DNA from: an uncultured delta proteobacterium
GTDB lineage: Bacteria; Myxococcota; Myxococcia; Myxococcales; Myxococcaceae
Reading direction: 5' to 3'
Assembly (NCBI GenBank): GCA_963796055.1
Contig: CAWCKH010000004.1
Coordinates: 800,001-864,000, forward strand
DNA length: 64,000 nucleotides
The notes beneath the pieces were generated by a model. That model ran no database searches. It was not told where the DNA came from and saw only the letters and a list, made by a program, of their open reading frames with translations. The position numbers were made by a program, and so were the translations under genes. Shown here piece after piece: positions 1 to 9,384 of the stretch; the first letter of the stretch is position 1, and the number at the start of each line of letters is the position of its first letter.

Positions 1-390
1 ACCGTCCACGTGCTCCGCAACGACGAGGCCCTGGTGGTGAGCTACGAGGCCAACAAGGGCCGGGACATCGACCTGGTGCTCCGCTTCACCCTGGCGCTGG
101 ATCAGCTGGAGCTGCAGAAGGGCAAGACGGTGAAGCTCGGCGGCTACACCGACGGTGGGGTCTTGCGTGCCACCTTCCTCCACAACGCCGCCGGCGAGCC
201 GGCGCGAGTGCTCCCCGTGGTCTCGATCGGAGAGTTCACTCTCGACAAGGGCGGCAACCCGGGCGACGACACCAGCGGAAATTTCAGCACCTCCTTCGTC
301 AGCGACGGCACCTACGGCAGTGGACGCGCCGTGTCGGGCTCCTTCCACGCCACCGCGCTCGACGCCGGATACGGCGACTGGATCCCCTGA
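1..390 (+). CDS. 5'-truncated hypothetical protein, paralog of the lipoprotein at 8851-9384
   Basis: Frame is open from base 1 to TGA at 388-390 with GC3-biased codons. D(L/T)VL...LD.L....G..V.L and G.FS..F......G.GR.V.G.F.A are shared with 8851-9384. Confidence 0.65.
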   Translation, partial: TVHVLRNDEALVVSYEANKGRDIDLVLRFTLALDQLELQKGKTVKLGGYTDGGVLRATFLHNAAGEPARVLPVVSIGEFTLDKGGNPGDDTSGNFSTSFVSDGTYGSGRAVSGSFHATALDAGYGDWIP

Positions 391-428
391 CGTGAGCAGC
401 TGTGCGCCCTGCAGAGCGCAGGTGGGAT

Positions 429-443
429 TGACGAAATTCGTCA
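429..443. promoter_or_regulatory. Perfect palindrome TGACGAA-A-TTCGTCA, candidate operator
   Basis: 7-bp arms with a 1-bp spacer, about 24 bp upstream of a TTGACA hexamer in the intergenic gap before the Glt-like operon. Confidence 0.45.
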
Positions 444-466
444 GGGGAATCGGGTTGCTGGATGCG

Positions 467-496
467 TTGACAGCTCTCCACAGCGTTCGATTTACT
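467..496 (+). promoter_or_regulatory. Putative sigma70-type promoter
   Basis: TTGACA (467-472), 18-bp spacer, TTTACT (491-496), then ATG at 509. Confidence 0.45.
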
Positions 497-508
497 CGCG
501 CTCGACCC

Positions 509-1021
509 ATGCGAGTCCGAACTGCGCTTCGCGTCGTGGCGCTCGTGTCCACGCTCGCGGGACCGACCGTGCTGCCTCCGGCGGCGGCAGCGGCGACGTC
601 GAAGAAGGGGGCCGCGAAGTCGTCCTCGAAGAAGTCGTCGTCGAAGAAGTCGTCGTCGAAGAGCAGCGCAGCCAAGAGCAGCAAGAGCAAGAGCAAGAGC
701 GCTTCCACCGCCAAGGCGACGCCGGCCAAGTCCTCCACTTCCAAGTCGTCCACCTCCTCGTCGGCGAAGGCGGCCTTCGATCCGGTGGCGCCCTCCACCT
801 CCATCCCCGCCGCTCCGGCCACTGCCTCGGCCGGCGGCCCACCTCCGCAGCGCGGCCCCACCCGCATCGACTTCGACGACCGGCTCATCCAGGGCCAGAC
901 CAACAAGTCGGGCGCGGTGTACCTCTACGACCGGAAGGAGCTGAAGCAGCGCTCGATGATCAAGAAGCGCGAGTCCTTCCGGGAAGAGATCGTCGGCGCG
1001 GTCTACGACTCCGAGCTCTGA
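509..1021 (+). CDS. GltF/CglF-like exported protein with Ser/Lys-rich low-complexity linker
   Basis: Signal peptide MRVRTALRVVALVSTLAGP. C-terminal IDFDDRLIQGQTNKSGAVYLYDRK...MIKKRESFREEI resembles the CglF/GltF motif. Lies directly before a GltG-like gene. Confidence 0.7.
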   Translation: MRVRTALRVVALVSTLAGPTVLPPAAAAATSKKGAAKSSSKKSSSKKSSSKSSAAKSSKSKSKSASTAKATPAKSSTSKSSTSSSAKAAFDPVAPSTSIPAAPATASAGGPPPQRGPTRIDFDDRLIQGQTNKSGAVYLYDRKELKQRSMIKKRESFREEIVGAVYDSEL

Positions 1022-1022
1022 C

Positions 1023-3230
1023 GTGAGCGGCCAACCGGCAGTGCTCCAGGTCGTCATCTTGCGCGACGGGCTCCTGGTGGGGACGGAGGTCTTCGTGCCC
1101 GGCTCGTACGTGCTGGGCAGCTCGGACGACGCCGACCTTCGCCTGGAGGACGCGGCGGTGGATCCCCACCACGCGGTCCTCTACTTCCAGAACGGCAAGG
1201 CGGCGGTGCAGGACTCGGGCTCGGTGGGCGGGCTCTACGTCAACGGCCACCAGGTCACCGCCTGCGAGATCCGCTCGGTGGACGAGGTGGTGCTCGGGCC
1301 CTTCGTGCTCAAGACCCGGGTGCTCGGACCGCGGACCACACCCAGGACCACCCCGCCGCCCGAGGTATCGGCACTGCTGGGCAGCGTGCCGCCGGCGGCC
1401 ATCCCTCAAGTTCAGCCCATCTCCGCCCCGCGCCGTGCCGCTGCGCCCCCGCCGCCGCCGGCCGAGGCGGATGCCACCGTGCCCGCCCCGTATTCGACGC
1501 GGGGCCCGGTGCCCAACGGACACACCGAGGGACCCGGGACCATGCCCTCCGCCCGCCGGCGCAAGGGCAAGGCCCCGAGGCACGACGACGAGCCGCTCGG
1601 GCCGCTGCCCTCGCCGCTGCAGTCCGAGCCGCTGCCACCGCTGGACGCTTACGAGCGGCCGGCCGCGTCGGCACGCCCCGCCCCCGAGCGGCCCTGGAGC
1701 GAACCCGCCCCGGCCTGGCCTCACCCCGCCGCGGCTCGGGCACCGGTGCCGTCGCGTCCCCCGCTCGCCCCTCCCGCCCCGCCGCCCGCGGCGCTGGCTC
1801 CGGCGCCCGTCCGCCGTCCGGCCACCGCCGCTCCGCGCCGTGCTGCCGGTGGCACCGCACGCGGACCGCGGCTGTTCCCCGTTCCCACCAAGGGTGGCCG
1901 GGGCAGACCGCGCGTCTACTTCGAGCTCTACTGGCAGAACGCCCGGCAGGTGGCCCGCAGCTTCGGGCCCACCTCGCAGAAGAAGCCCATCACCAGCGGT
2001 CTGGCCGACGTGGCGATGGTCCCCTTCTACGGCTTCACCATGCCCGAGGGCTTCCCGATCGCCGAGTCCGCGGGGCGCGGCGCCTACCGGCTCTACCTGC
2101 CGCCCAAGGCGGATCTGGAGAAGCGCCGGAGCGACGGGCGATTCCTCCCGGCCGGCGGGGGCGAGGTCGAGTCCTACGACGGCCGGAAGTGCGTCCTCTT
2201 GCAGAGCGGCAACGCGGTCGCCCTCCGCGAGGGCGACATGACCTGCTTCGTCTACGTCGCCCCCCCGCCGGCGCGGACCTTCGTCAATCCGCTCCGGGGC
2301 AAGCCCTGGTTCTTCATCTTCCTCCTCCTGGCCTTCTTCGGCCCCACCGCGTGGTGGATCCTCTTCGGACCGCAAGGGCCGGAGCTGGCGGACTTCAACG
2401 CCCGGAACCTCAACCCAGTCGCCGTGCGGCTGATGGTGCCGAAGAAGGAAGAAAAGAAGAAGGAAGAGAAGAAGCCCGAAAAGAAGGAAGAGAAGAAGGA
2501 AGAAGCGAAGAAGGAAGAGAAGAAGCCCGAAAAGAAGAAGGAGCCGGAGAAGAAGGTGGTGAAGGCTCCGCCCCCGAAGACACCGCCCCCGCCGGTGCCG
2601 CCTCCGCCTCAGCCGCCGGAGAACGTGCAGAAGGCCCTGGCCAAGGTGAGCGCGGCCGGCCCGGCGATGAAGTCGATGCTCGCGGCGATCAACAAGCTGG
2701 GGCCCGGGGGCAACGCCGCGGCCTTCAAGCTCAACGGCCTAGTGGGCAAGGGTCCGGTGGCGAGCAACGTGGGCATGCCCGGGCTGGGGGTGGGCAACGG
2801 CACCGGCGGCGGTCGCGAGCTGCTGATGGGCAGGGGCGGCGGCGGGATCGGTGCGATGGGAGCGGGCGGAGTGGGGAAAGGTCCGGTGCGCGCCAGCGTG
2901 GCGCGCGCAGCCTCCGACCGTGTGAGCTCACAGGGGCAGATCGACAAGGAAGCAGTTGCCAAGGCGATCAACTCCCACCTGGCCGAGGTCCAGCGCTGCT
3001 ACGAGTCGGCGCTGCTGAAGAATCCTGGGTTGGCCGGCAAGGTCGTGCTGGAATGGAACATCTCAACCCAGGGCAGGGTGGTGGCCTCGAAGTCCAAGAG
3101 CTCCACCCTGAAGGACAGCTCGGTCGAGGCGTGCATCCTCCGCTCGCTCAACACCTGGCAGTTCCCGCCCGCTCGAGGCCAGTCGGTGATCATCAGCTAT
3201 CCATTCATCTTCAACGCGGTGGGCTTCTGA
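1023..3230 (+). CDS. GltG/PglI-like protein: FHA domain, Pro-rich linker, TM helix, Lys/Glu-rich stalk, AgmX/PglI (TonB-C-like) C-terminus
   Basis: FHA-like VLGSSDDADLRL...VDPHHAVL...GLYVNG. TM helix WFFIFLLLAFFG. C-terminal VQRCYESALLKNPGLAGKVVLEW...WQFPPARG..VIISYPFIF. Confidence 0.85.
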   Translation: MSGQPAVLQVVILRDGLLVGTEVFVPGSYVLGSSDDADLRLEDAAVDPHHAVLYFQNGKAAVQDSGSVGGLYVNGHQVTACEIRSVDEVVLGPFVLKTRVLGPRTTPRTTPPPEVSALLGSVPPAAIPQVQPISAPRRAAAPPPPPAEADATVPAPYSTRGPVPNGHTEGPGTMPSARRRKGKAPRHDDEPLGPLPSPLQSEPLPPLDAYERPAASARPAPERPWSEPAPAWPHPAAARAPVPSRPPLAPPAPPPAALAPAPVRRPATAAPRRAAGGTARGPRLFPVPTKGGRGRPRVYFELYWQNARQVARSFGPTSQKKPITSGLADVAMVPFYGFTMPEGFPIAESAGRGAYRLYLPPKADLEKRRSDGRFLPAGGGEVESYDGRKCVLLQSGNAVALREGDMTCFVYVAPPPARTFVNPLRGKPWFFIFLLLAFFGPTAWWILFGPQGPELADFNARNLNPVAVRLMVPKKEEKKKEEKKPEKKEEKKEEAKKEEKKPEKKKEPEKKVVKAPPPKTPPPPVPPPPQPPENVQKALAKVSAAGPAMKSMLAAINKLGPGGNAAAFKLNGLVGKGPVASNVGMPGLGVGNGTGGGRELLMGRGGGGIGAMGAGGVGKGPVRASVARAASDRVSSQGQIDKEAVAKAINSHLAEVQRCYESALLKNPGLAGKVVLEWNISTQGRVVASKSKSSTLKDSSVEACILRSLNTWQFPPARGQSVIISYPFIFNAVGF

Positions 3231-3288
3231 ACGAGACGGCGTCGCTCGAAGCGGGCGGCGCCGACTCCCCCACCGTTCAGGACACGAC

Positions 3289-3939
3289 TTGAAACGAACG
3301 CTCTTGCTCCTGGTGTGCCTCGCTCCCGTCCTCGCCCACGCGCAGGGCGACGAACTGGAGAACCCGGGCACGGTGCTCGCGGTGCAGGACCGGACCTACC
3401 GGATGTCCAGCGAGCTGTGGATCGGTGTGGGCATCGCGCCGCTGGACGCGTTCTACAAGGGCCTGACCGGACAGGTCGGGTACGTGTTCCACTTCAGCGA
3501 CTCGTTCGCCTGGCAGATCGGACGCGGACTGCTCTCGTACAACATCAAGTCCGGCCTGCGGAACCAGCTGGAGACGCAGTTCGGGGTGAGCCCCACCGCC
3601 TTTCCCCAGCTCAACTGGATCGTCGGCTCGGACGTGATGTGGACGCCGATCTACGGGAAGACCTCCTGGCTCAACAGCAGCGTCGGGCACTTCGAGGTGT
3701 TCGGGACGCTGGGCGGCTCGGTGGTGAACGAGCGCATCGCCGCCGACGTGGCCAGCGGCACCGGGCAGACGGTGTTCCGCCCCGCGGTTCACCTCGGGCT
3801 GGGGGCCCGGGTCTTCACCAGCAAGAGCGTCTCCTTCCGGCTCGACTTCAGCAACGAGTTCGTCATCTACAAGGGCCTGGAGTCCAACATCCTCCTCGTC
3901 CAGCTCGCGCTGGCGCTGAACTTCGGCGGAACCGAATGA
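3289..3939 (+). CDS. Outer-membrane beta-barrel protein (GltA/B/H-like, myxobacterial type)
   Basis: Signal peptide. VLAVQDR, DAFY and WTPIYGK motifs, alternating hydrophobic strands and a near-terminal Phe. TTG start. Confidence 0.8.
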   Translation: MKRTLLLLVCLAPVLAHAQGDELENPGTVLAVQDRTYRMSSELWIGVGIAPLDAFYKGLTGQVGYVFHFSDSFAWQIGRGLLSYNIKSGLRNQLETQFGVSPTAFPQLNWIVGSDVMWTPIYGKTSWLNSSVGHFEVFGTLGGSVVNERIAADVASGTGQTVFRPAVHLGLGARVFTSKSVSFRLDFSNEFVIYKGLESNILLVQLALALNFGGTE

Positions 3940-5600
3940 GCGTCGCCCGGATGCAGCCGGCGACCGCGGCCGCGGTTGCGCTCCTGCTCGCGCTCCCGGC
4001 CCTGGCCCAGACCCCGGCCCCTCAGTCCATGCCCCCCGCGCCCGGGAGCAAGCCGCCCGTGGCCGTTGCCCCTCCCCCGACGGCGCCGCCTCCTGCCCAG
4101 GCGCCGCGCCCGCCGGGTGCCCCTGCCCCGGCCACGCCCGCCCAGGCCCCGGCTACCGCCCCGGCGCAGCCGGGCGCACAGCCTCCGGCGCCGCAGCAGC
4201 AAGCGGGCCAGGAGCAGCCCCCGGCGAAGGTAGATCCGAAGATCTTCGACGAGGCGCTCAAGGACTATTTCGACAACAGGCAGGAGCAGGCGGCGCGCAA
4301 GCTCTACGCCTTCATCGAGTCCACCCCGCCCACCGACGAGAACTATTCCTGGGCTCAGTACTTCCTGGCCCGCTGCCTCATCGACCTGAACCTCCGCCAT
4401 GCCGGCGCGGTGTACCTGGCCAAGGTGGCCCACGAGCGGAGCAATCCTCAAGTATTGCCCAAGACGCTGGAGGCGCTGAAGGTATTGACCCTCGTGCCGC
4501 ACGACGAGGTGCTGGTCGACGAGCAGATCTTCGGCTCGCTGGACCTCGGCTTCCTCCCCGAGAGCGTCAGCGACTACGCCAACTACCAGCAGGGCCTGGT
4601 GGACCTGCGAGTGGGGAACGAACGCTGGGCCAGGACCCACTTCGTCAAGCTGGACGACGGCGGCATCGAGGCCAGCCGCGCCAAGTTCGCGCTCCTGGTC
4701 GCCCGCCTGCGGAACGCCAAGGGCGTCGTCGACGATCAGATGATCGACGACTTCCTCGAGCTGTCCAAGGACGAGAAGCTCACCATGGAGGCGCGGAACG
4801 AGGCCCGGCTGGCGGTGGCCCGGCTGCGCTACGAGAAGAAGGACTACGAGGGGGCGCTCAAGGCCTACGACCTGGTGCAGCTGCCCTCGCTGGATCCCGG
4901 CCGGGCCACCCTGTACCTGGAGGAGGCCTGGACCCGGTACAACCTCGGGCAGCTGCGGGCGACCATCGGTCTGCTCACCACCCTGGACGCTCCCAGCTTC
5001 CGGGACGAGTTCCTCCCCGACAAGTACATCCTCCGCGCCCTGGTCTACCGCGACCTCTGCCAGTACCTCCCCGCCAAGCGCGCGGCGAAGGAGCTCACCC
5101 GGCGGTTCAGCGACTCGCTGGAGGCCATTCGCGAGCGCGACGACCTGACCCAGGACTTCCGGCTCCGCCGCGCCGCCAACAGCCACGGCTCGACCAGGCG
5201 GGCAGCGAGGTTCCTCGAGTCGTTGAACCTCGAGGGCGAGAACCTGGGGCGGCACGCCGGCGGCTTCGGCGATCGCCTCTACAAGCACCTCGGCCACGTC
5301 TACGACCTGGCCCACGCCGAGGCCGAGCGCCTCTACCAGCAGAAGCTCCGGGACGCGGTGCGCGAGGAGGCTGACAAGCTGCTGCGGGCCGACGAGCAGG
5401 TGCGGCTGATGGAGTACGAGGTGGGGCTCAAGCTCTACGAGCGGGTGAAGCGCGGGGCGAAGCTGGCCCAGCCAGAGAAGGAGCTCCAGCTCACCTCCGC
5501 GCAGATCGCCTTCAAGTTCACCGGTGAGTACTGGAACGACGAGCTCCGCAGCTACCGGGTGAGCATCCCCAGCCGCTGCATCGAGGAGGGCGCCCAATGA
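3936..5600 (+). CDS. GltC-like TPR protein
   Basis: ATGA overlap with the previous gene. Signal peptide and Pro-rich N-terminus, TPR helices, C-terminal FTGEYWNDEL..YRV.I.SRC as in GltC/NfsC. Confidence 0.75.
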   Translation: MSVARMQPATAAAVALLLALPALAQTPAPQSMPPAPGSKPPVAVAPPPTAPPPAQAPRPPGAPAPATPAQAPATAPAQPGAQPPAPQQQAGQEQPPAKVDPKIFDEALKDYFDNRQEQAARKLYAFIESTPPTDENYSWAQYFLARCLIDLNLRHAGAVYLAKVAHERSNPQVLPKTLEALKVLTLVPHDEVLVDEQIFGSLDLGFLPESVSDYANYQQGLVDLRVGNERWARTHFVKLDDGGIEASRAKFALLVARLRNAKGVVDDQMIDDFLELSKDEKLTMEARNEARLAVARLRYEKKDYEGALKAYDLVQLPSLDPGRATLYLEEAWTRYNLGQLRATIGLLTTLDAPSFRDEFLPDKYILRALVYRDLCQYLPAKRAAKELTRRFSDSLEAIRERDDLTQDFRLRRAANSHGSTRRAARFLESLNLEGENLGRHAGGFGDRLYKHLGHVYDLAHAEAERLYQQKLRDAVREEADKLLRADEQVRLMEYEVGLKLYERVKRGAKLAQPEKELQLTSAQIAFKFTGEYWNDELRSYRVSIPSRCIEEGAQ

Positions 5601-8600
5601 CCGGTGCGCTGCTCCTGGTGCTCCTCGCCCAGGCCAACGGCCCGCTGCTCCCCACGCTGGACAAGAGCGTGAACCCGGTGGTCACCAAGCAGCGGGAGAA
5701 GACCGAGTACGTGGAGAAGCTCAAGCGGGACATCTTCAAGGTGGACCGCTCGCTCATCGAAACCGAGCGGCTGATCGCCAAGAGCCGCAACGCCCCGTAC
5801 CTGCCTGACCTACAGTTCCGACTGGCCGAGCTCTACGTGGAGAAGAGCCGGTACGTGTACTTTCTCCAGGTGGAGCAGCGCGGCGGCGACAACAAGGGCG
5901 CCATCGTCAGTCCCGAGACCAAGCTGCTGAAGCAGAAGGCGGTGCAGCTCTACAACCGTCTGCTGCGCGAGTTCCCGGACTTCCACGACGCGGACAAGGT
6001 CACCTTCTACCTGGCACACGAGATGCGTGAGCTCGGTCAGTTCGACGAGATGCTCAAGACGCTGAACGAGCTCATCGCCAAGTACCCCAAGAGCCCGCTC
6101 CGGCTCGAGTCCGAGCAGATCATCGGCGATTACTACTTCGACAAGACCGACCTGGCCGAGGCGGAGAAGCACTACCAGGAGATCCTCAAGTTCCCCCAGA
6201 GCCCGGTGCACGACCTGGCCCGCTACAAGCTGGGGTGGATCCGGGTGAACCAGCAGAAGTTCAACGACGCGGTCACCTTCTTCGAGGGCGCCGCGGGCAG
6301 CGAGCCCCTGCCCGGGGTGGACAGCCAGAAGGCGCTCAACGTCAAGCGCGAGGCGCTGCTGGACCTGGTCTACAGCTACACCGAGGCCCGGCCGGCGAAG
6401 GGGGCCCTCCCCTACTTCGAGAAGCTCTCCGACAGCCGCACCACCTACGCCCTGGCCCTGGACAAGCTGGGGAACCGCTACTTCATCAAGCAGCAGTACG
6501 AGTGGGCCATCCCCGCGCTGCGGAAGCTGATGGAGATCCAGCCCGACCCGGACCTGGACATCGAGCGGGCGGAGAAGCTCTACGACTCGCTGAAGGCCGC
6601 CAAGGGCCGGGTGCCCACCCAGCAGGAGGACATCAAGTTCCTGGTGCGCGCGGCGGTGAACGTGAAGGTCGATCCGTTCAAGGACGACGGCACCCGCCGC
6701 AAGCAGCTGGTGGAGCTGGAGGAGCTGACCCGCGATCTGGCGACCCAGCTCCAGGCGCTGGCCCAGAAGACCAACGAGACCAAGACCTATCTGCAGGCCG
6801 CCGCGGCCTACAAGGAGTACCTCTCGCTCTTCCGGCCCGAGAAGTACGTCCGGGACATCATGCACAACCGGGCCGATGCGCTCTTCGCCGCCCACGCCTA
6901 CCCCGAGGCCGCCCGGCAGTTCGAGGAGCTGGAGACCTACGAGGAGCGGGCCAGGAACGCCGGCGGAGTGGAGGCCGCCGCCTACGGCGCGCTGCTCAGC
7001 CACTTCAGCGCGCTCAAGCCGGGCGAGGTGGACAGGATCACCGCGTTCGAGGTGGCCGACGCCCGCCAGGCCCTGAAGCTCGACGGGGCGAAGTTCATCA
7101 CCAAGTACCCGCGCAACCCCAACGCCCTCACCGTCAAGTTCAACATCGCCCGCGCCTACTACGACGACGGCGAGTTCGAGCGGTCGAGCCAGCTGTTCAC
7201 CGCCTTCGCCATGGAGTACCCCACCACCAAGGACGCCCCGGTGGCCGGCAAGCTCGCCCTGGACAGCCTGCGGCAGCTGAACGACTTCAAGGGCATCGAG
7301 GAGACGACCCGGAAGTTCCTGGGCAACGGCCAGCTCCCCGCCACCTTCCTCGCCGAGGTCCGCAAGTTCCAGGGGGAGAGCAAGGGCGAGGCCCTGGGCG
7401 AGCTCGCCCTGCAGAGCTCGGCCGAGACCGGCGACGTGGTGGAGGGCCTCCTCAAGGTCGCCTCGGAGAACAAGGGCGGCGACATTGCGGAGAAGGCGCT
7501 GTACGGCGCGTTCACCGCGGCGCGGGAGAAGAAGGACTACGCCAAGGAGCGGGAGATCGGCGCCAAGCTGCTCACCGACTTCCCGAGGACCGCCTACACC
7601 TCGGACGTGCTGGCCACCATCGCCCGCCACTCCGCGGAGGCCGGGCGCTTCTCCGAGGCCGCGCAGTGGTACGAGCAGCTCGGGGCCCGCATGGGCCAGG
7701 ACGCCACCGCCTACGACGGGTGGATGGCGGCCGGCCGGCTGCGGATGGTGCTCAACGACCTGTCCGGGGCGCAGAAGGACTTCCAGTCCGCGGCCAACGT
7801 GGGCGGCAACCGCCGCGGCGAGGCCCTGGCACTGCTCGCCCAGGCCAAGCTGAAGGGGCGGGATCTGCCGGGAGCGAAGGCCGCGGCGAGCCAGGCCCTG
7901 GCGGCGGACAAGACCAACCCGCAGGCCGCGGCGGTGCTCGCCGAGGTGGCGGCGACGCAGGGCGAGCGGCCGGACGTGCTGGCCAAGACGCTGTCCCCGG
8001 TGGTCAACGCCCCGAGCAGCCAGGGCGAGGACACCGCCAAGGCGCTCTGGTACCTGGGCGAGCTGCTCTACCGGAACTTCAAGGCCATCCCCGCCGACCA
8101 GATCGACCAGAAGGTGGCCGCGCTCCAGCAGCTGCAGGGCGTGTACAACCAGGCGGCCTCGATGGGCAGCTCGGAGTGGGCGGTGGCTTCGCTGTGGAAG
8201 CTGGGCCTGTCGCTCCAGTCGCTCGCCGAGGCGGTGGAGGCCACCCCGGTGCCGCCGGGGCTGTCCGCCGCCGACGCGCAGCAGTTCAAATCGGCGGTGA
8301 AGCAGCAAGTCCAGCCCATCAAGGAGCAGGCCGACGAGGCGTTCAAGACCTGCCTCGCCCGCGCCAGCCAGCTCGAGGTCTACGCGCCCGCGGTGCTGGG
8401 CTGCCGGACGCGGAGCGAGACTGCGCGCTCGCCGCTGCCTTCGCCGCCGGCCCCGGGCAACCTCCCCACCGGGTTCGCCGAGCTGCAGAAGAAGGCCGAG
8501 GCCGCCCAGGACGCTGCCTCGCTCGAGGCTCTCGGTCTGGCGTACCTCGAGGCACGGCAGATCCCCCTGGCGCAGCTGTCGCTCGCCCGGGCCACCGAGC

Positions 8601-8854
8601 TGGGCGAGTCGCGCAGCCCGGCCCAGAACGGGCTCGGGGTGGCGCTGCTCTACCAGGGCGAGCCGATGGCCGCCCGCGCCGCCTACGCCAAGGCGCTGGA
8701 AGCGGACCCGGCCAACGAGAAGGCGCGGGCCAACCTCGCCGCGCTCCGCTGTCGGTACGGCGACCAGGATGGCGCCCGGAAGGAGCTGGCGGGGATGAAG
8801 AGCGCCTCGCTGGCAGGGTTCGACGTCGATCCCGAGTGGAGGACCTGCCGATGA
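5597..8854 (+). CDS. GltD/AgmU-like large TPR protein with extra C-terminal TPR module
   Basis: PDLQFRLAELYVEKS, YKLGW and KFNIARAYY TPR motifs. W.VASLWKLG...TPVPPGLS...IKEQADEAFKTCL is typical of the GltD C-terminus. ATGA overlaps on both sides. Confidence 0.8.
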   Translation: MTGALLLVLLAQANGPLLPTLDKSVNPVVTKQREKTEYVEKLKRDIFKVDRSLIETERLIAKSRNAPYLPDLQFRLAELYVEKSRYVYFLQVEQRGGDNKGAIVSPETKLLKQKAVQLYNRLLREFPDFHDADKVTFYLAHEMRELGQFDEMLKTLNELIAKYPKSPLRLESEQIIGDYYFDKTDLAEAEKHYQEILKFPQSPVHDLARYKLGWIRVNQQKFNDAVTFFEGAAGSEPLPGVDSQKALNVKREALLDLVYSYTEARPAKGALPYFEKLSDSRTTYALALDKLGNRYFIKQQYEWAIPALRKLMEIQPDPDLDIERAEKLYDSLKAAKGRVPTQQEDIKFLVRAAVNVKVDPFKDDGTRRKQLVELEELTRDLATQLQALAQKTNETKTYLQAAAAYKEYLSLFRPEKYVRDIMHNRADALFAAHAYPEAARQFEELETYEERARNAGGVEAAAYGALLSHFSALKPGEVDRITAFEVADARQALKLDGAKFITKYPRNPNALTVKFNIARAYYDDGEFERSSQLFTAFAMEYPTTKDAPVAGKLALDSLRQLNDFKGIEETTRKFLGNGQLPATFLAEVRKFQGESKGEALGELALQSSAETGDVVEGLLKVASENKGGDIAEKALYGAFTAAREKKDYAKEREIGAKLLTDFPRTAYTSDVLATIARHSAEAGRFSEAAQWYEQLGARMGQDATAYDGWMAAGRLRMVLNDLSGAQKDFQSAANVGGNRRGEALALLAQAKLKGRDLPGAKAAASQALAADKTNPQAAAVLAEVAATQGERPDVLAKTLSPVVNAPSSQGEDTAKALWYLGELLYRNFKAIPADQIDQKVAALQQLQGVYNQAASMGSSEWAVASLWKLGLSLQSLAEAVEATPVPPGLSAADAQQFKSAVKQQVQPIKEQADEAFKTCLARASQLEVYAPAVLGCRTRSETARSPLPSPPAPGNLPTGFAELQKKAEAAQDAASLEALGLAYLEARQIPLAQLSLARATELGESRSPAQNGLGVALLYQGEPMAARAAYAKALEADPANEKARANLAALRCRYGDQDGARKELAGMKSASLAGFDVDPEWRTCR

Positions 8855-9384
8855 AGCGCCTCGCCGTCCCCATCGTCGCGGCCGTGCTGGGGGTGGCGCT
8901 CGCCTGCGGTCCCACCAAGGTCGAGGGCAGCCTTCAAGAAATCCTCGATCTCACCTACCAGGACACCGAGCTGGGGTTCGCCGGGGGTCAGGTCGCGGTC
9001 CGCTGGACCCGTCCCAAGGGCAACGGCCGGGACACGGTGCTCGAGCTCTCGGAGAAGCTGGACGGGTTGACGGTGAGGACCGGCGACTACGTGAACCTCG
9101 CCGAGCCGCTGCCCGCCTTCGCCCTGGACGATGCGGGCATCCCCGATGGCGGCCTGCTCCCGGACGGGGGCGTCGCCAGCCAGCAGCGCGGGGTGGTGAC
9201 CCGCGACGTGTTCAACGACCCGCGCAAGAGCTTCCCCCTGCTCTCGGACGGGTTCATGGTCCTCTACGACGTGCCGCGCGACGGGGGGACGGTGAACGGG
9301 AGCTTCAGCGTGACGTTCCAGCGCTGCGTGGACTTCGGGTGCGGCCGGACGGTGTTCGGCGACTTCAAGGCGAAGGTGAAATGA
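8851..9384 (+). CDS. Lipoprotein, hypothetical
   Basis: Real 3' part of the 6235-9384 ORF. ATG overlaps the upstream stop. Lipobox VALAC. Confidence 0.75.
   Translation: MKRLAVPIVAAVLGVALACGPTKVEGSLQEILDLTYQDTELGFAGGQVAVRWTRPKGNGRDTVLELSEKLDGLTVRTGDYVNLAEPLPAFALDDAGIPDGGLLPDGGVASQQRGVVTRDVFNDPRKSFPLLSDGFMVLYDVPRDGGTVNGSFSVTFQRCVDFGCGRTVFGDFKAKVK

Noticed and set aside
6235..8850. N-terminal 870 aa of the 1049-aa ORF, and similar long Arg/Gly/Pro-rich ORFs (e.g. 9339-11225, 12551-14737)
   Set aside because: Off-frame shadows of real genes in very GC-rich DNA. Only the 8851-9384 and 9381-9588 portions are coding.
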